A program made the translations under genes and the position numbers. Below, in pieces: positions 1 to 11,394 of a DNA stretch of 32,356 bases; position 1 is the first letter of the stretch, and each line of letters starts with the position of its first letter. The DNA is from a virus (taxonomy: Duplodnaviria; Caudoviricetes), in IMG/VR virus record IMGVR_UViG_3300046002_001486, positions 1-32,356 of that record; one strand, written 5' to 3'. The notes below the pieces were generated by a model. That model saw only the letters and a program-made list of their open reading frames with translations. It did no database searches and was not told where the DNA came from.

Positions 1-2092
<2,092 letters not shown>

Positions 2093-2093
<1 letters not shown>

Positions 2094-2608
2094 TATGGTA
2101 CAAATACTCCGATATTTTGACTTGCTGGTGAAAGATCAGCCGAAACTATTACGTCAAATGTATTTGGAGCACTAGCCATAACTTGTAATTGATCTCCATC
2201 ATCAGCGATAGGTTCACGTTTTAGTAAACTTCTTCCTTGAAGAGGTATATACGCTGTATCTCCGGCTGGTACAACTGCTCGTCCAACATTAATTATATCA
2301 CCATCTTGAGTTAAAATTTGACAATCAAGATATGCTTCTGTTACACTTTTATTTGTCACACTAAGTGGAGTTAAAAAGAATATCTGTCCTGGAAGAATAG
2401 CTCTAGCTGGATCATCCGGATCACGAGTTTCATATTGTTCAGAAGGATCAGGAACACTATAGTCTGGTGCATTAGCACCCAAACCAGTGTAAGGTCCAAC
2501 TGGACCAACTGTGGTAAAAACTGAATCAGACACATCTATTGAGTAAAGATTTTCTGGATAACCAGTGGATGGTGTACGACAATAAATTCTATTCGGTTTG
2601 GCTGGCAT
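2093..2608 (-). CDS. Hypothetical protein, probably virion structural (beta-rich)
   Basis: 171-aa ORF with AAGGA RBS, coupled to the collagen gene inside the fibre cluster. Confidence 0.75.
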
Positions 2609-2622
2609 GACTTAAATCCTTG

Positions 2623-4284
2623 TTAAAAATTACTAAATGCAATAGCTGATTTCGTGGCAATTCTGCCAACTGCTTGATCAAATGGTGGTCCACTTAGTTC
2701 TCCAGTATCAGCACTAATTTTCATACCACCAACAAATAGAGCAGAACCTTGATCATCTTGACCACTGGCAATAACTAATCCATCATCTACTTCTATAATA
2801 CTACCCTCAATTGTTGTTCTATTAAACGCTGGAGGAATTTTAGTTAATGCAACACCAGATGAAACTGCAGTCCATGTATGTCCAATAGCAGTAATAGTTG
2901 ATGGTTGAGTTCTTATAGTTGGAGTAAGTGTGGTTGTGTTTAAAGCTACAATTAAAGCGTTAATAATACCCGCCGCTTCTGCATCAACATCAGGAAGTGC
3001 TATCATTTGATCACGCATATTGTCCCAAGCAAACAAAAAAGCATCTAATTTATCTGGATCAATAATTGATACACCAAGCGTATCATAAAAACCTTTTGCA
3101 AAATTTTCCATTGGGATTTGATCTGCAGACTGAAGAACCCAAATCATACATTGTAAAAAATTTGCTGCATCTTCTCTTGTATATAATTCATCTGTAGGTG
3201 TCCATCCAAAAGTATATACTTGACCAGTAGCTGGATCAATTGTAGTACTTAGTGCAATCCACATATTATCAATAATTGTATCAGTCGCGTCAGTAATTGC
3301 AGTTCCAGCAACTGGCTTAAGAACTAAAGTAACACCAATTACACTAGTTGGAAAAATAATATTTCTTTTACCCTCTGCCCACATTGTATAGTCACCAAAC
3401 TGTGTACTACATGCAGATAGAATAATTTGACCACCAGATAGTGCTAAAAAGTGTTTGTGTGCCCATAAACTAATAGCGTTAACAGCGTTAACTAATCCAC
3501 CATTCTTTGCACAATATCCAATTCCATTAGCCACAACAGGTGTTGCACCCCAAGTCATTATGTTAGGGAATATACTATATGGAGAAATAATTGCAGCATC
3601 TGCTAACGCAACACCTGATCCACGAGGAACAAATGGGTTTCCAAGTAAAGGATCTAGTGGAGGAGGTACAGTACCCCAAGTAGGAATTGTTCTTACGGCA
3701 ATTTTATGAGCATAAGGTACACGACGAATCACTGATCCTGGACGAAATGAAACTGCAAATCCTTCAGTTGGATCATCTAAACTATCTAATCTCCATCCTT
3801 CAAATACAATACCCTCAATGAAACATCCACTACCCATACGAAATTGATTTGTTTCTTCATATCCAACAACAGGACGTAAAAAAACACTACGATGAACTGA
3901 ACGAATAATGGTATCATCTGGCATGTCTAAATGACCCTGTGTATAATATATACCAGCACCAGCATCAATTAATGTTATTGCATATGGATCAGCTATCTTT
4001 CTTTCTTCTGCTATGGCTAATGCTCTTTCAAATGTAGCAACTGCATTATCCCATGTGGTACCATTATTGGCATCATCACCAGTAGGAGATGTTTGTATAA
4101 AAATAGTATTGGCAATCGGAAGATTTGCCGCTATTTGCTCAATTCTATCTCCAGTACCATCATTGACTTTAAAGTAAACTTTTGCTTCGTAATAATTTAT
4201 ACCAAGTTCACCAAATTCAAGATCACTGACTGATGGTACACTAAGTGGTATTCCGTTGTTTTTAAGTATAATTGTATTTGCCAT
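2623..4284 (-). CDS. Tail fibre/spike-like structural protein with probable beta-helix region
   Basis: Start moved to MANTIILK (TAATG overlap, GGAGGA RBS). N-terminus (L.FGELGINY...KVYFK) resembles the Mtd N-terminal-type anchor; GDDANNGTTWDNAVATFERAL...GAGIY is typical of the start of phage beta-helix domains. Confidence 0.7.
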   Translation of the reverse strand: MANTIILKNNGIPLSVPSVSDLEFGELGINYYEAKVYFKVNDGTGDRIEQIAANLPIANTIFIQTSPTGDDANNGTTWDNAVATFERALAIAEERKIADPYAITLIDAGAGIYYTQGHLDMPDDTIIRSVHRSVFLRPVVGYEETNQFRMGSGCFIEGIVFEGWRLDSLDDPTEGFAVSFRPGSVIRRVPYAHKIAVRTIPTWGTVPPPLDPLLGNPFVPRGSGVALADAAIISPYSIFPNIMTWGATPVVANGIGYCAKNGGLVNAVNAISLWAHKHFLALSGGQIILSACSTQFGDYTMWAEGKRNIIFPTSVIGVTLVLKPVAGTAITDATDTIIDNMWIALSTTIDPATGQVYTFGWTPTDELYTREDAANFLQCMIWVLQSADQIPMENFAKGFYDTLGVSIIDPDKLDAFLFAWDNMRDQMIALPDVDAEAAGIINALIVALNTTTLTPTIRTQPSTITAIGHTWTAVSSGVALTKIPPAFNRTTIEGSIIEVDDGLVIASGQDDQGSALFVGGMKISADTGELSGPPFDQAVGRIATKSAIAFSNF

Positions 4285-4799
4285 TATAACCAAGTTCCTC
4301 CGTCAATAACAGAATTTACATCCAATACTTGATTGCCACTTTGATATATTGTATTGCCATTAATAATATTGGAATTTATAGTATTTGCATTTAATATGTC
4401 GGTGTTTATAGTATTTGCATTTAATATGTTGGCGTTAATAGTATCTACATTAAATATATTTACAAAGATAGTATCTGCATTTAATGTAGTAACATCAATG
4501 GTGCCAAGTATAGTTAATGTACTAGTTCCATTAGACCAATTAAATGCGTTTGATCCAGCAAGAGCTCCATTCTCATTATATTGAACGTTCATGTCTACGC
4601 CAGCAGCATTTACATCAAGTTGACTATATTGAGTTAATATTTCAGTATTATCTGGGTGTGGTCCGATAACGTTTGGATCGTTACCAATGAACAACTGATA
4701 TGTATCAGTAGCCCAGCCAAATTCCCCAACTGAAAGTTGAGGAAGTTGATCTATATTACCATTTCTTACTTGTATTTTTGATATCTGTATGATTGACAT
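4284..4799 (-). CDS. Structural protein with Mtd_N-like N-terminal domain and a 10-aa repeat
   Basis: IQVRNG...LPQLSVGEFGWATDTYQLFIGN matches the major-tropism-determinant N-terminal pattern; preceded by late boxes. Confidence 0.75.
   Translation of the reverse strand: MSIIQISKIQVRNGNIDQLPQLSVGEFGWATDTYQLFIGNDPNVIGPHPDNTEILTQYSQLDVNAAGVDMNVQYNENGALAGSNAFNWSNGTSTLTILGTIDVTTLNADTIFVNIFNVDTINANILNANTINTDILNANTINSNIINGNTIYQSGNQVLDVNSVIDGGTWL
4351..4500. repeat. Five degenerate 30-nt tandem repeats (NANTINTDIL-like, 10 aa)
   Basis: Units starting GTAT at 4351, 4381, 4411, 4441 and 4471; those at 4381 and 4411 share GTATTTGCATTTAATATGT. Confidence 0.8.
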
Positions 4800-4803
4800 A
4801 GTA

Positions 4804-4830
4804 TATTTACCATATTATATACTATTTATC
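4804..4830 (-). promoter_or_regulatory. Two T4-late-like promoter boxes (GATAAATA, GTAAATA)
   Basis: Minus-strand GATAAATA at 4830-4823 and GTAAATA at 4810-4804, the latter 4 nt before the ATG. Confidence 0.65.
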
Positions 4831-4869
4831 ATTGTCACTCTATAATCATCCAGATTTTACATTGTGTTT

Positions 4870-5586
4870 TTATCCGAATTTACTATAATATTCTTCTACT
4901 CGGCGCCACCATAATGATCTAAAATATTCAAATTCATTTCCTTCTAATATGAATTCTTGATAAATTGGTATACCAACCATCAATCCCTGTTCATCTTCAT
5001 CAGGTTTTACACACATCATGATTACACCTTTTTTAATATTTGTATTGTGTATTTCATTATGTGCTTCTGCATAGGCACACAGTTGTATAAAATAATCATC
5101 AATCCATTCACGTTTCTTTGGCTTATTAGATTGTTTAAAGTCAATGATACTTTCATTAGTAAGATGACGACCAACACAATCAGTAGTACCAGCATATATT
5201 TTTGGGAAATATAATGAAACCTCTACTCCCCAATATTCATCACAGTTAACTAAACCTTGTTTAATAACACTATCAGCCATAGCATGACTTGAGCGATGAA
5301 ATGGGTTTTTTGGTTGTTCACTTAGTGCACCGCTTTTGACAAAGTTCTCTAAGTATGTATGCATCTTAGTACCACGATTAGCAGCATCAGTGGTAATTTT
5401 CTGAGCCTTTTCTGTACCAACTCTTTTTCTCCACTCATTAAGAGCTTGTTTTTTCTCTTGAGGTTCGGTGGCTGATAATATTGTAGTTACTGATGGTACT
5501 CTAGAATTATCCGGAGTATTATATTGACGAGCACCATTGACATTTTCTCTTGTCAATGATTCATATTGAAATTTTGGAATATACAT
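4870..5586 (-). CDS. PD-(D/E)XK exonuclease (MGME1/lambda-exonuclease-like phage exonuclease)
   Basis: PSVTTIL, RGTKMH, GVEVSL, AGTTDCVG, IIDFKQS and YFIQLCAY motifs. Confidence 0.9.
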   Translation of the reverse strand: MYIPKFQYESLTRENVNGARQYNTPDNSRVPSVTTILSATEPQEKKQALNEWRKRVGTEKAQKITTDAANRGTKMHTYLENFVKSGALSEQPKNPFHRSSHAMADSVIKQGLVNCDEYWGVEVSLYFPKIYAGTTDCVGRHLTNESIIDFKQSNKPKKREWIDDYFIQLCAYAEAHNEIHNTNIKKGVIMMCVKPDEDEQGLMVGIPIYQEFILEGNEFEYFRSLWWRRVEEYYSKFG

Positions 5587-5591
5587 GAGTT

Positions 5592-5620
5592 ATTATAGTT
5601 AATTGACTACAAATAGTCAA
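5592..5620 (-). promoter_or_regulatory. sigma70-type promoter for the exonuclease, overlapped by an 11-bp inverted repeat
   Basis: TTGACT-17 nt-TATAAT; ATG follows after 5 nt; inverted repeat arms at 5599-5609 and 5614-5624. Confidence 0.75.
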
Positions 5621-5634
5621 TTAATTTGGATGTA

Positions 5635-5985
5635 TTAGTCACGAGCTTTGGCTGCACGATGAGCCATTTTATCTAAAGTACCAGTTGTTTCATCTGGTGA
5701 TTCAATTTCACTACTATAATCAGAATCACCCTTGAATATAACATCATCACCCTTGACATCTGTAATAAGATTGTTTAATGGTGGGCTCTGTATCATTTCA
5801 CGAAATTGTTCTTCACTGACAGATATTCCGTTTTTGGATAGAATAGATAATAGTGCAGTTAAAGAAAAAGGATTTTTAGTAGCAGTATCTTTGAGTCTTC
5901 CATGCAACTGACTGATAATAGCAGTCAGTTTAACTTGCATGGAATTATCTTCTACATCTTCACGAATGAATTCGGATGATCTCAC
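5635..5985 (-). CDS. Hypothetical protein, probably head-associated
   Basis: Start moved to GTG at 5985, just after the upstream stop; N-terminus MRSSEFIRE resembles a capsid-targeting leader. Confidence 0.7.
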   Translation of the reverse strand: MRSSEFIREDVEDNSMQVKLTAIISQLHGRLKDTATKNPFSLTALLSILSKNGISVSEEQFREMIQSPPLNNLITDVKGDDVIFKGDSDYSSEIESPDETTGTLDKMAHRAAKARD

Positions 5986-5986
5986 T

Positions 5987-6688
5987 TTAACGAAGCTCTC
6001 TACCTGCAGATCCAATTTCATCTGTTTCATCTGAAACTGATAAGTCAGATATTTCTTCTGGTTCAGGCACATCCATGGCAGTTTCATCTCCCATACCTAA
6101 ATCAGCATCCATCTCACCATCTTCAACTCCAGCATCAAAAGCCTCTGGAGCTTCTGCTGATTCAGCACCAGTGATTTGACCAAGACTACTAGTTAAATCT
6201 GATTTGGCAGTTGACAATGATTGTAACAATGTTGTCAATGATTGACTAGTAGATTGATTATATGTTTCGCTTTCTGATGTGCCAATTTCGTTTGAAATTC
6301 CATTAACAACAGCTGGTAATTCTTCAGCGTTCATTTTTGAAACTTGTTCAATCATTTTTTGAATCTGATCAACTAAGTCTTGAGCTGCTAGAATAACTTG
6401 TGATTTTTCAACTTCTTCATTTTCAACCACGATAGATGTTTGAACTCTAATGTCTTGATAGTGATTGCTTAACATTTGTTCCATCATAACTAATTTTAGA
6501 TAAGATGGTGATGTTTGAGCAACACTGCCACTACGACGAGCCTCTTTTAATAACCCTGTAACACGACTCAGCATTGAACGTGTTTTTTTCTGATCCATTT
6601 TGTTTAGATCAAGATCAACTTCAAAGTGCTCTTTAAGAGCCTTTTTAGCTAGAGTGGTTTTACTTCCTTGAAATTCCATTAAGTTCAT
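5987..6688 (-). CDS. Helical protein with acidic tail, possible prohead core/scaffold
   Basis: Start moved to MNLMEF (AAGGA RBS; GATAAATA box at 6737-6730). Function inferred only from composition. Confidence 0.6.
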   Translation of the reverse strand: MNLMEFQGSKTTLAKKALKEHFEVDLDLNKMDQKKTRSMLSRVTGLLKEARRSGSVAQTSPSYLKLVMMEQMLSNHYQDIRVQTSIVVENEEVEKSQVILAAQDLVDQIQKMIEQVSKMNAEELPAVVNGISNEIGTSESETYNQSTSQSLTTLLQSLSTAKSDLTSSLGQITGAESAEAPEAFDAGVEDGEMDADLGMGDETAMDVPEPEEISDLSVSDETDEIGSAGRELR

Positions 6689-7148
6689 TTTTAATTTCCT
6701 TGTTATGACAGACATTCGCCAATTTATAGTATTTATCTATTTCGGCAATAATTCTCTTATGTCTTATATTGTCGCTCTGTAATTTATTAGTATATATTAC
6801 ACTTTGACCAAAATCTTTACAATTTTTCAATTTAAAATGTATTTGTTTGTCTATATTTACACTTATTAATTGACTATCCAATACTTTCATTCTTTTTGAT
6901 TCTACAAACTTTTTATTATAATCTAATGTAATCCAGATCATAGCATGTTTCATTACATCAAATGTAAATTGTTCATTATCTCGTCTTCTAAGAACTAATA
7001 TACTATTTGATTTTCTAGTTATACTGTATTTATTATATAATACATATTGATCATTGATTTTGATGATAATTTGACTTAATAATTGTTCATAAGTATTTGA
7101 AACAATTTTTTCTAATTTACGATATGTTTTTTTCGTAGATTTTTTCAT
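6660..7148 (-). CDS. Hypothetical basic protein
   Basis: 162-aa ORF coupled to the upstream gene by an ATGA overlap. Confidence 0.7.
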   Translation of the reverse strand: MKKSTKKTYRKLEKIVSNTYEQLLSQIIIKINDQYVLYNKYSITRKSNSILVLRRRDNEQFTFDVMKHAMIWITLDYNKKFVESKRMKVLDSQLISVNIDKQIHFKLKNCKDFGQSVIYTNKLQSDNIRHKRIIAEIDKYYKLANVCHNKEIKNELNGISRK

Positions 7149-7603
7149 TTCAAAATCTCAAAATAAATATTACGTTGTTCATCACTAATATTCATCTGAT
7201 TTGACAATTTAAACGTTTCTTCAAGTCTTAATATCATTGGTACTTGATTACAATCATCAGATAAACTACCAAGATCATTGATTCCATTGTTAAAAACATC
7301 AGCGTGATCTACTGAAAATGTAAAAGACCAAACTTTTATTTTATTAATAGTTTTGTTATATGATTTTTCATATAGATAACCAAAATTGAAATCTTTAAGA
7401 TCATCAATGTTTATTACGGTTAGTTCACTTTCAGATATCTCTTCTGGTTGACTACGCATATTAATAATTTGTAAGATAGTTTCAAAATTACTTTGTTGAC
7501 TGCGTTTTTTTATCTCATCAGCGGGGACGATTTCTGTATTCTTTTTTCTAAAATTAACATTGGTTTGTGTAATATCATACAATGTATAGCATTTAATTCT
7601 CAT
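7145..7603 (-). CDS. Hypothetical phage protein (late)
   Basis: 152-aa ORF; CTAAATA box 4 nt before the ATG. Confidence 0.75.
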   Translation of the reverse strand: MRIKCYTLYDITQTNVNFRKKNTEIVPADEIKKRSQQSNFETILQIINMRSQPEEISESELTVINIDDLKDFNFGYLYEKSYNKTINKIKVWSFTFSVDHADVFNNGINDLGSLSDDCNQVPMILRLEETFKLSNQMNISDEQRNIYFEILK

Positions 7604-7617
7604 TAAGTATTTAGAAG

Positions 7618-7649
7618 AAAAAAAATCTCTTAAAAATTTAAGAGATTTT
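7618..7649 (-). terminator. Rho-independent terminator
   Basis: 12-bp stem (7622-7633 with 7638-7649) running into an 8-T tract on the minus strand. Confidence 0.8.
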
Positions 7650-7653
7650 AATA

Positions 7654-7731
7654 TTACGTAGGAGCGTATGGATTACGTTTCCAGTCACTATCAGTTGGTA
7701 GTTCTGGATATACTGGATAATCTATTTTCAT
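7654..7731 (-). CDS. 25-aa microprotein MKIDYPVYPELPTDSDWKRNPYAPT
   Basis: ATGA overlap with the upstream stop; fills the gap exactly and ends at the terminator. Confidence 0.55.
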   Translation of the reverse strand: MKIDYPVYPELPTDSDWKRNPYAPT

Positions 7732-8648
7732 TTTATACCCTGAATCATGTTCCATAAATTTACAACATCAGGGGCTAATAGTTTGAGTTTATCTGGATCA
7801 TTAAAATCTGTTTTATTAATTTTTTGAATTAATTCTTTTCTAACATCATCTCTTTCAATAGCATCATCAGTTCCATCATGATCCATGTCTACAATTTGTT
7901 CACCACTATTATATTTACTTCGTTTTTTACCTAATTGTGACCATGCCCAAATTGTTTCCCATGCTTGTTCAACTAACTTTGGATCAAGTTTTTTATTCTT
8001 TACATATGAATCTTCTAATTTTTTAGCTATCATATTAATATTTTGTTGATAATTTGGACTATCAACTAAATTTCGTGTTTGAGTATCAATAAATCGTGTA
8101 ATAAATTGAGATACGGATTCTGCCGCTTCATTTAATATTTTATTTTCTACTAATTTATTAAATCTTTTATACTGAGATTCAGTCATTCCCTTTTGTTGTC
8201 TTTGTTTAAGTAATTCAGCCATCGATGGCTCAGATTTCTTTGCAACATTAGTTTTACTAACTGGAGCATTGGCCATGGTGTTTCCAGCCGTAGTACCACC
8301 TAACTGTGATACCATATTGTTCATTGCTGCAGCGCCTGGCTGTGTTGAACCCGTTGCTGCATCTGCAGATGCCGATGGTGATCCGCCTAAAGTTGGTTCT
8401 ATACGACCCCCTGTCGCGGCTGGTTGTGATACACCTGGTGTCGCATTAGGCAATGCAACAATTTCACCTTTGATGGCAGACTGTAATGCAGAATTTAACT
8501 TATAAGTAAAATCTTTAAGACCAATGGCTTTAGCTCTTTCATTCTGTTGTTTTGATATTCCGGCCTGTTTATTAGCCTGATAGTTGTTTATGAAATCCCC
8601 AAATCCTTCATTGGTTTGTTCTTTAGTTGATAAATCACTGATTTTCAT
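7728..8648 (-). CDS. Hypothetical protein, probable internal head protein with low-complexity linker
   Basis: 306-aa ORF; MKISDL...TNE leader and internal MTES, LVEN and ILNE possible protease sites. Confidence 0.7.
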   Translation of the reverse strand: MKISDLSTKEQTNEGFGDFINNYQANKQAGISKQQNERAKAIGLKDFTYKLNSALQSAIKGEIVALPNATPGVSQPAATGGRIEPTLGGSPSASADAATGSTQPGAAAMNNMVSQLGGTTAGNTMANAPVSKTNVAKKSEPSMAELLKQRQQKGMTESQYKRFNKLVENKILNEAAESVSQFITRFIDTQTRNLVDSPNYQQNINMIAKKLEDSYVKNKKLDPKLVEQAWETIWAWSQLGKKRSKYNSGEQIVDMDHDGTDDAIERDDVRKELIQKINKTDFNDPDKLKLLAPDVVNLWNMIQGIK

Positions 8649-8896
8649 TGTTGACCTTTTGATCTTTTAAGACTTTTAGAAAATTTCTCTGTATCACGAT
8701 TTTTAATAGCAATCAACAGTTTCTTTTCTAAAATAGCAGCCTGATCTTCACTATAATTACGATCAATTACTTCAAGTAAATGAATAGCAGAATTTATAAT
8801 ATTATTGGCGCGAGATTCAATGATATGTGAAGTATCACGATTCTCAGCAACATATTCTAATTCTTCAAGCAGACTGCGAGTATTTTTTTTCATCAT
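8645..8896 (-). CDS. Small hypothetical late protein
   Basis: 83-aa ORF; GATAAATA at 8908-8901, 4 nt before the first ATG. Confidence 0.75.
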   Translation of the reverse strand: MMKKNTRSLLEELEYVAENRDTSHIIESRANNIINSAIHLLEVIDRNYSEDQAAILEKKLLIAIKNRDTEKFSKSLKRSKGQQ

Positions 8897-8917
8897 ACTG
8901 TATTTATCTCAAAACTC

Positions 8918-10336
8918 TTATTGTTTAGTCTTTATCTGATTTAACAAAGCGTTTAATTTACTAGATTGTACGTTTGCCACAACTTTTTTTGCAGAATCTA
9001 CATTATCAGTCACTTCACCAGTTGAAGAATCAATAATTTGACTGGATGTCTTGATTTTATTCAATAAACTACTAGCACTAGATACTGGCGCTTGACCATC
9101 TCCATTACTACCATCATCAAAAATTCTCAATGTATTAACATCAAACTGTAAATCAATCTTTTGACCTACACCACTACTACTACGAGTCTTCATCAATTGT
9201 ATCTGATATTGACCGCGTTCTCTCATACTACGACTAGTAAAGATACCAAATACGTTGTCGGCCGTGTTAATTTTACTAATACCACCTGAAATATGACTAT
9301 GATCAAATTCAACCTCTTCAACAGCACTACGATTCAACTGTGAGGCTGTTACAAATAATACATTAAGTTCTTTGGCCAAATTACGTAATTCTTCTGATAC
9401 ATATTTGTCTTTAATAAACAAATCACTTGGACTAACTTTTGTACTAACTGGCATCAACAAGTCCAAATAGTCAACACATAAGAAATCAATCTTTACATCA
9501 TATTCCATCTGTAAAGTTTTGATATAGGCTCTCATATCATTAACTGTACTTTGTGCTGGCATATATTTAATCCAGAATTTACCAGATTTCTTACTTGCCA
9601 TCTTGACTTTCAATTCAACATCATCAACCTGTTTAAATACATCACGAGTGGCAACATCAGTAATCATACTGTCAATACGCCACGCAGTTAATTCTTCACT
9701 CAATTCAAGTGTAATATATACACCATTTAATCCAGCCTGAGCCCAATTGGCTGATAAGTTTTGCATGAACAATGACTTACCTGATCCAGATCCACCAGCA
9801 AAGATTTGAAGTTCACCACGATTAAATCCACCATATAGTTTATTATCTAATACTGGCCAACCAGTAGATATCTGACCATTGTTGTTTTTAATTGACATCA
9901 ATCTGGCTCTAGGATCAGCAAAGTAATCAGTACCCATGTTCTTTGTCAATGAGATTTGAACCGCATCTTTGATCATCTTTTCAACTGGATCAAAGTTACC
10001 TTTCTCCAATAGATCATAGCTCTTGACAATAGCTCGTTCTAATTCTTGTCTACGAGTAAACTTTTCAAACTCATCCAAGAACCATTCAACATCACTATCT
10101 CTCATTCCAGGAATTACTTCTAAATGAACACCAGTAGTAGCATGAATTTGTCCACTATCAGGAATAGCATTATATTTCTCACTGAATTCCATGATAAACT
10201 TTGCCGCAGATTTTAATCCCTTGTCAAAGTTTTCACTATTCATAATGTTACTGACTCTAGTATATAACTGAGCATCAGTCATCATCATTCGTAAAAATAA
10301 TTCTTGTATTTCTCTTGTATATTCTACTTGGGTCAT
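8918..10336 (-). CDS. gp41: Replicative DnaB-family helicase (T4 gp41-like)
   Basis: ISTGW, Walker A GGSGSGKS, YITLEL, Walker B CVDYLDL, TASQLNR and KTR motifs; next to primase. Confidence 0.95.
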   Translation of the reverse strand: MTQVEYTREIQELFLRMMMTDAQLYTRVSNIMNSENFDKGLKSAAKFIMEFSEKYNAIPDSGQIHATTGVHLEVIPGMRDSDVEWFLDEFEKFTRRQELERAIVKSYDLLEKGNFDPVEKMIKDAVQISLTKNMGTDYFADPRARLMSIKNNNGQISTGWPVLDNKLYGGFNRGELQIFAGGSGSGKSLFMQNLSANWAQAGLNGVYITLELSEELTAWRIDSMITDVATRDVFKQVDDVELKVKMASKKSGKFWIKYMPAQSTVNDMRAYIKTLQMEYDVKIDFLCVDYLDLLMPVSTKVSPSDLFIKDKYVSEELRNLAKELNVLFVTASQLNRSAVEEVEFDHSHISGGISKINTADNVFGIFTSRSMRERGQYQIQLMKTRSSSGVGQKIDLQFDVNTLRIFDDGSNGDGQAPVSSASSLLNKIKTSSQIIDSSTGEVTDNVDSAKKVVANVQSSKLNALLNQIKTKQ

Positions 10337-11325
10337 TTAAATCGTTTTCTCATCATTTCAATTTTTATCTTGTTCGTTGTTTCATGTTGTAGTATACTTA
10401 GTAGAGTTGGTAGTCTTCCATAGAATTTAACTGCATCATTGACATCTTTTATATCATCATTCCATGGTGGTATACTAACTGAATAATTTAACTCTAATGC
10501 TCTATCACAAATGTTCATACCAGTTTTGTCTCTATCTGGAACAACAATGATTTTTCTGTATAACTTACGTAAAATGGCGGCCTGTTCATCAAGTATAGTA
10601 TTGCCCATAACGGCACATCCACCAATACTAATAGCATCAAACTGACCTTCAACTACAATACAAACTTCCCAATCTTTTTGTTGACCATCTATATTAAAAA
10701 CAAAACCACGTTGTTGTTCGGATATATACTTAGGCTTACGATCATCTAGAAATCTACTAGTATTACCAACTAATTGTTCCTGATAATAATAAGGAATAAT
10801 TATTCTATTTTTGTTTCTTCCTTCTGCCTCTGGTGTAATATAAAATCTATAATCATCTAACTCAATAGAACGAGATTTTAAATAATCAATATATACTTGA
10901 TGAGTACTGTCAGTAGAATCAATTCTTTCACTATATTCTGGTAAGTCTACTGAATGAAAATTAGCCATGAAGAAGTTTGACTTTTTACTGAATCTAGCCA
11001 GAGTATTATCTTCACGAACTTTCAATGTTTCCATCATTAGACGATCAATAGTAGGTTGATCGGCGCCCATCCAATCTAATAATTGTTTGAATCTTTCTGA
11101 TAATAAATGACCAGATGAATAACCAGTTTTAAATCCACAATTGAAACAACTGTAATTTACTTTTTCATCACTGATTATTAAACCAGCACGACCACGAGTA
11201 TCTGCAGTTTCACCATTATGATGACAACATACACCATTACCAGACAACCAACCTCCAGCCGAACGTTTAATACGTCTTCCATTTTGCCATAAACTTATAA
11301 TGGTTTCAATTACAGTATTGGTCAT
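10333..11325 (-). CDS. gp61: DNA primase (T4 gp61-like)
   Basis: N-terminal Cys/His zinc domain (CCHH...CFNC), RIIIP, PKY, TOPRIM VEGQFDA, PDRD and KDVND. Confidence 0.92.
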   Translation of the reverse strand: MTNTVIETIISLWQNGRRIKRSAGGWLSGNGVCCHHNGETADTRGRAGLIISDEKVNYSCFNCGFKTGYSSGHLLSERFKQLLDWMGADQPTIDRLMMETLKVREDNTLARFSKKSNFFMANFHSVDLPEYSERIDSTDSTHQVYIDYLKSRSIELDDYRFYITPEAEGRNKNRIIIPYYYQEQLVGNTSRFLDDRKPKYISEQQRGFVFNIDGQQKDWEVCIVVEGQFDAISIGGCAVMGNTILDEQAAILRKLYRKIIVVPDRDKTGMNICDRALELNYSVSIPPWNDDIKDVNDAVKFYGRLPTLLSILQHETTNKIKIEMMRKRFK

Positions 11326-11329
11326 ATTA

Positions 11330-11381
11330 ATAAAAAATAAAAGTCATAGTATATTATACTATGACCTGTGAAAAAAATCAA
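11330..11381 (-). promoter_or_regulatory. sigma70-type promoter for primase-helicase, overlapping a terminator-like hairpin
   Basis: TTGATT-17-TATAAT (11381-11353); 10-bp inverted repeat 11343-11352/11356-11365 followed by TTTTATTTTTT on the minus strand. Confidence 0.65.
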
Positions 11382-11394
11382 TTGTATTGGATAC

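Noticed and set aside
2623-4799. Diversity-generating retroelement suggested by Mtd-like domains
   Set aside because: Only the N-terminal anchor pattern is present; no reverse transcriptase or template/variable repeat pair seen in the window.
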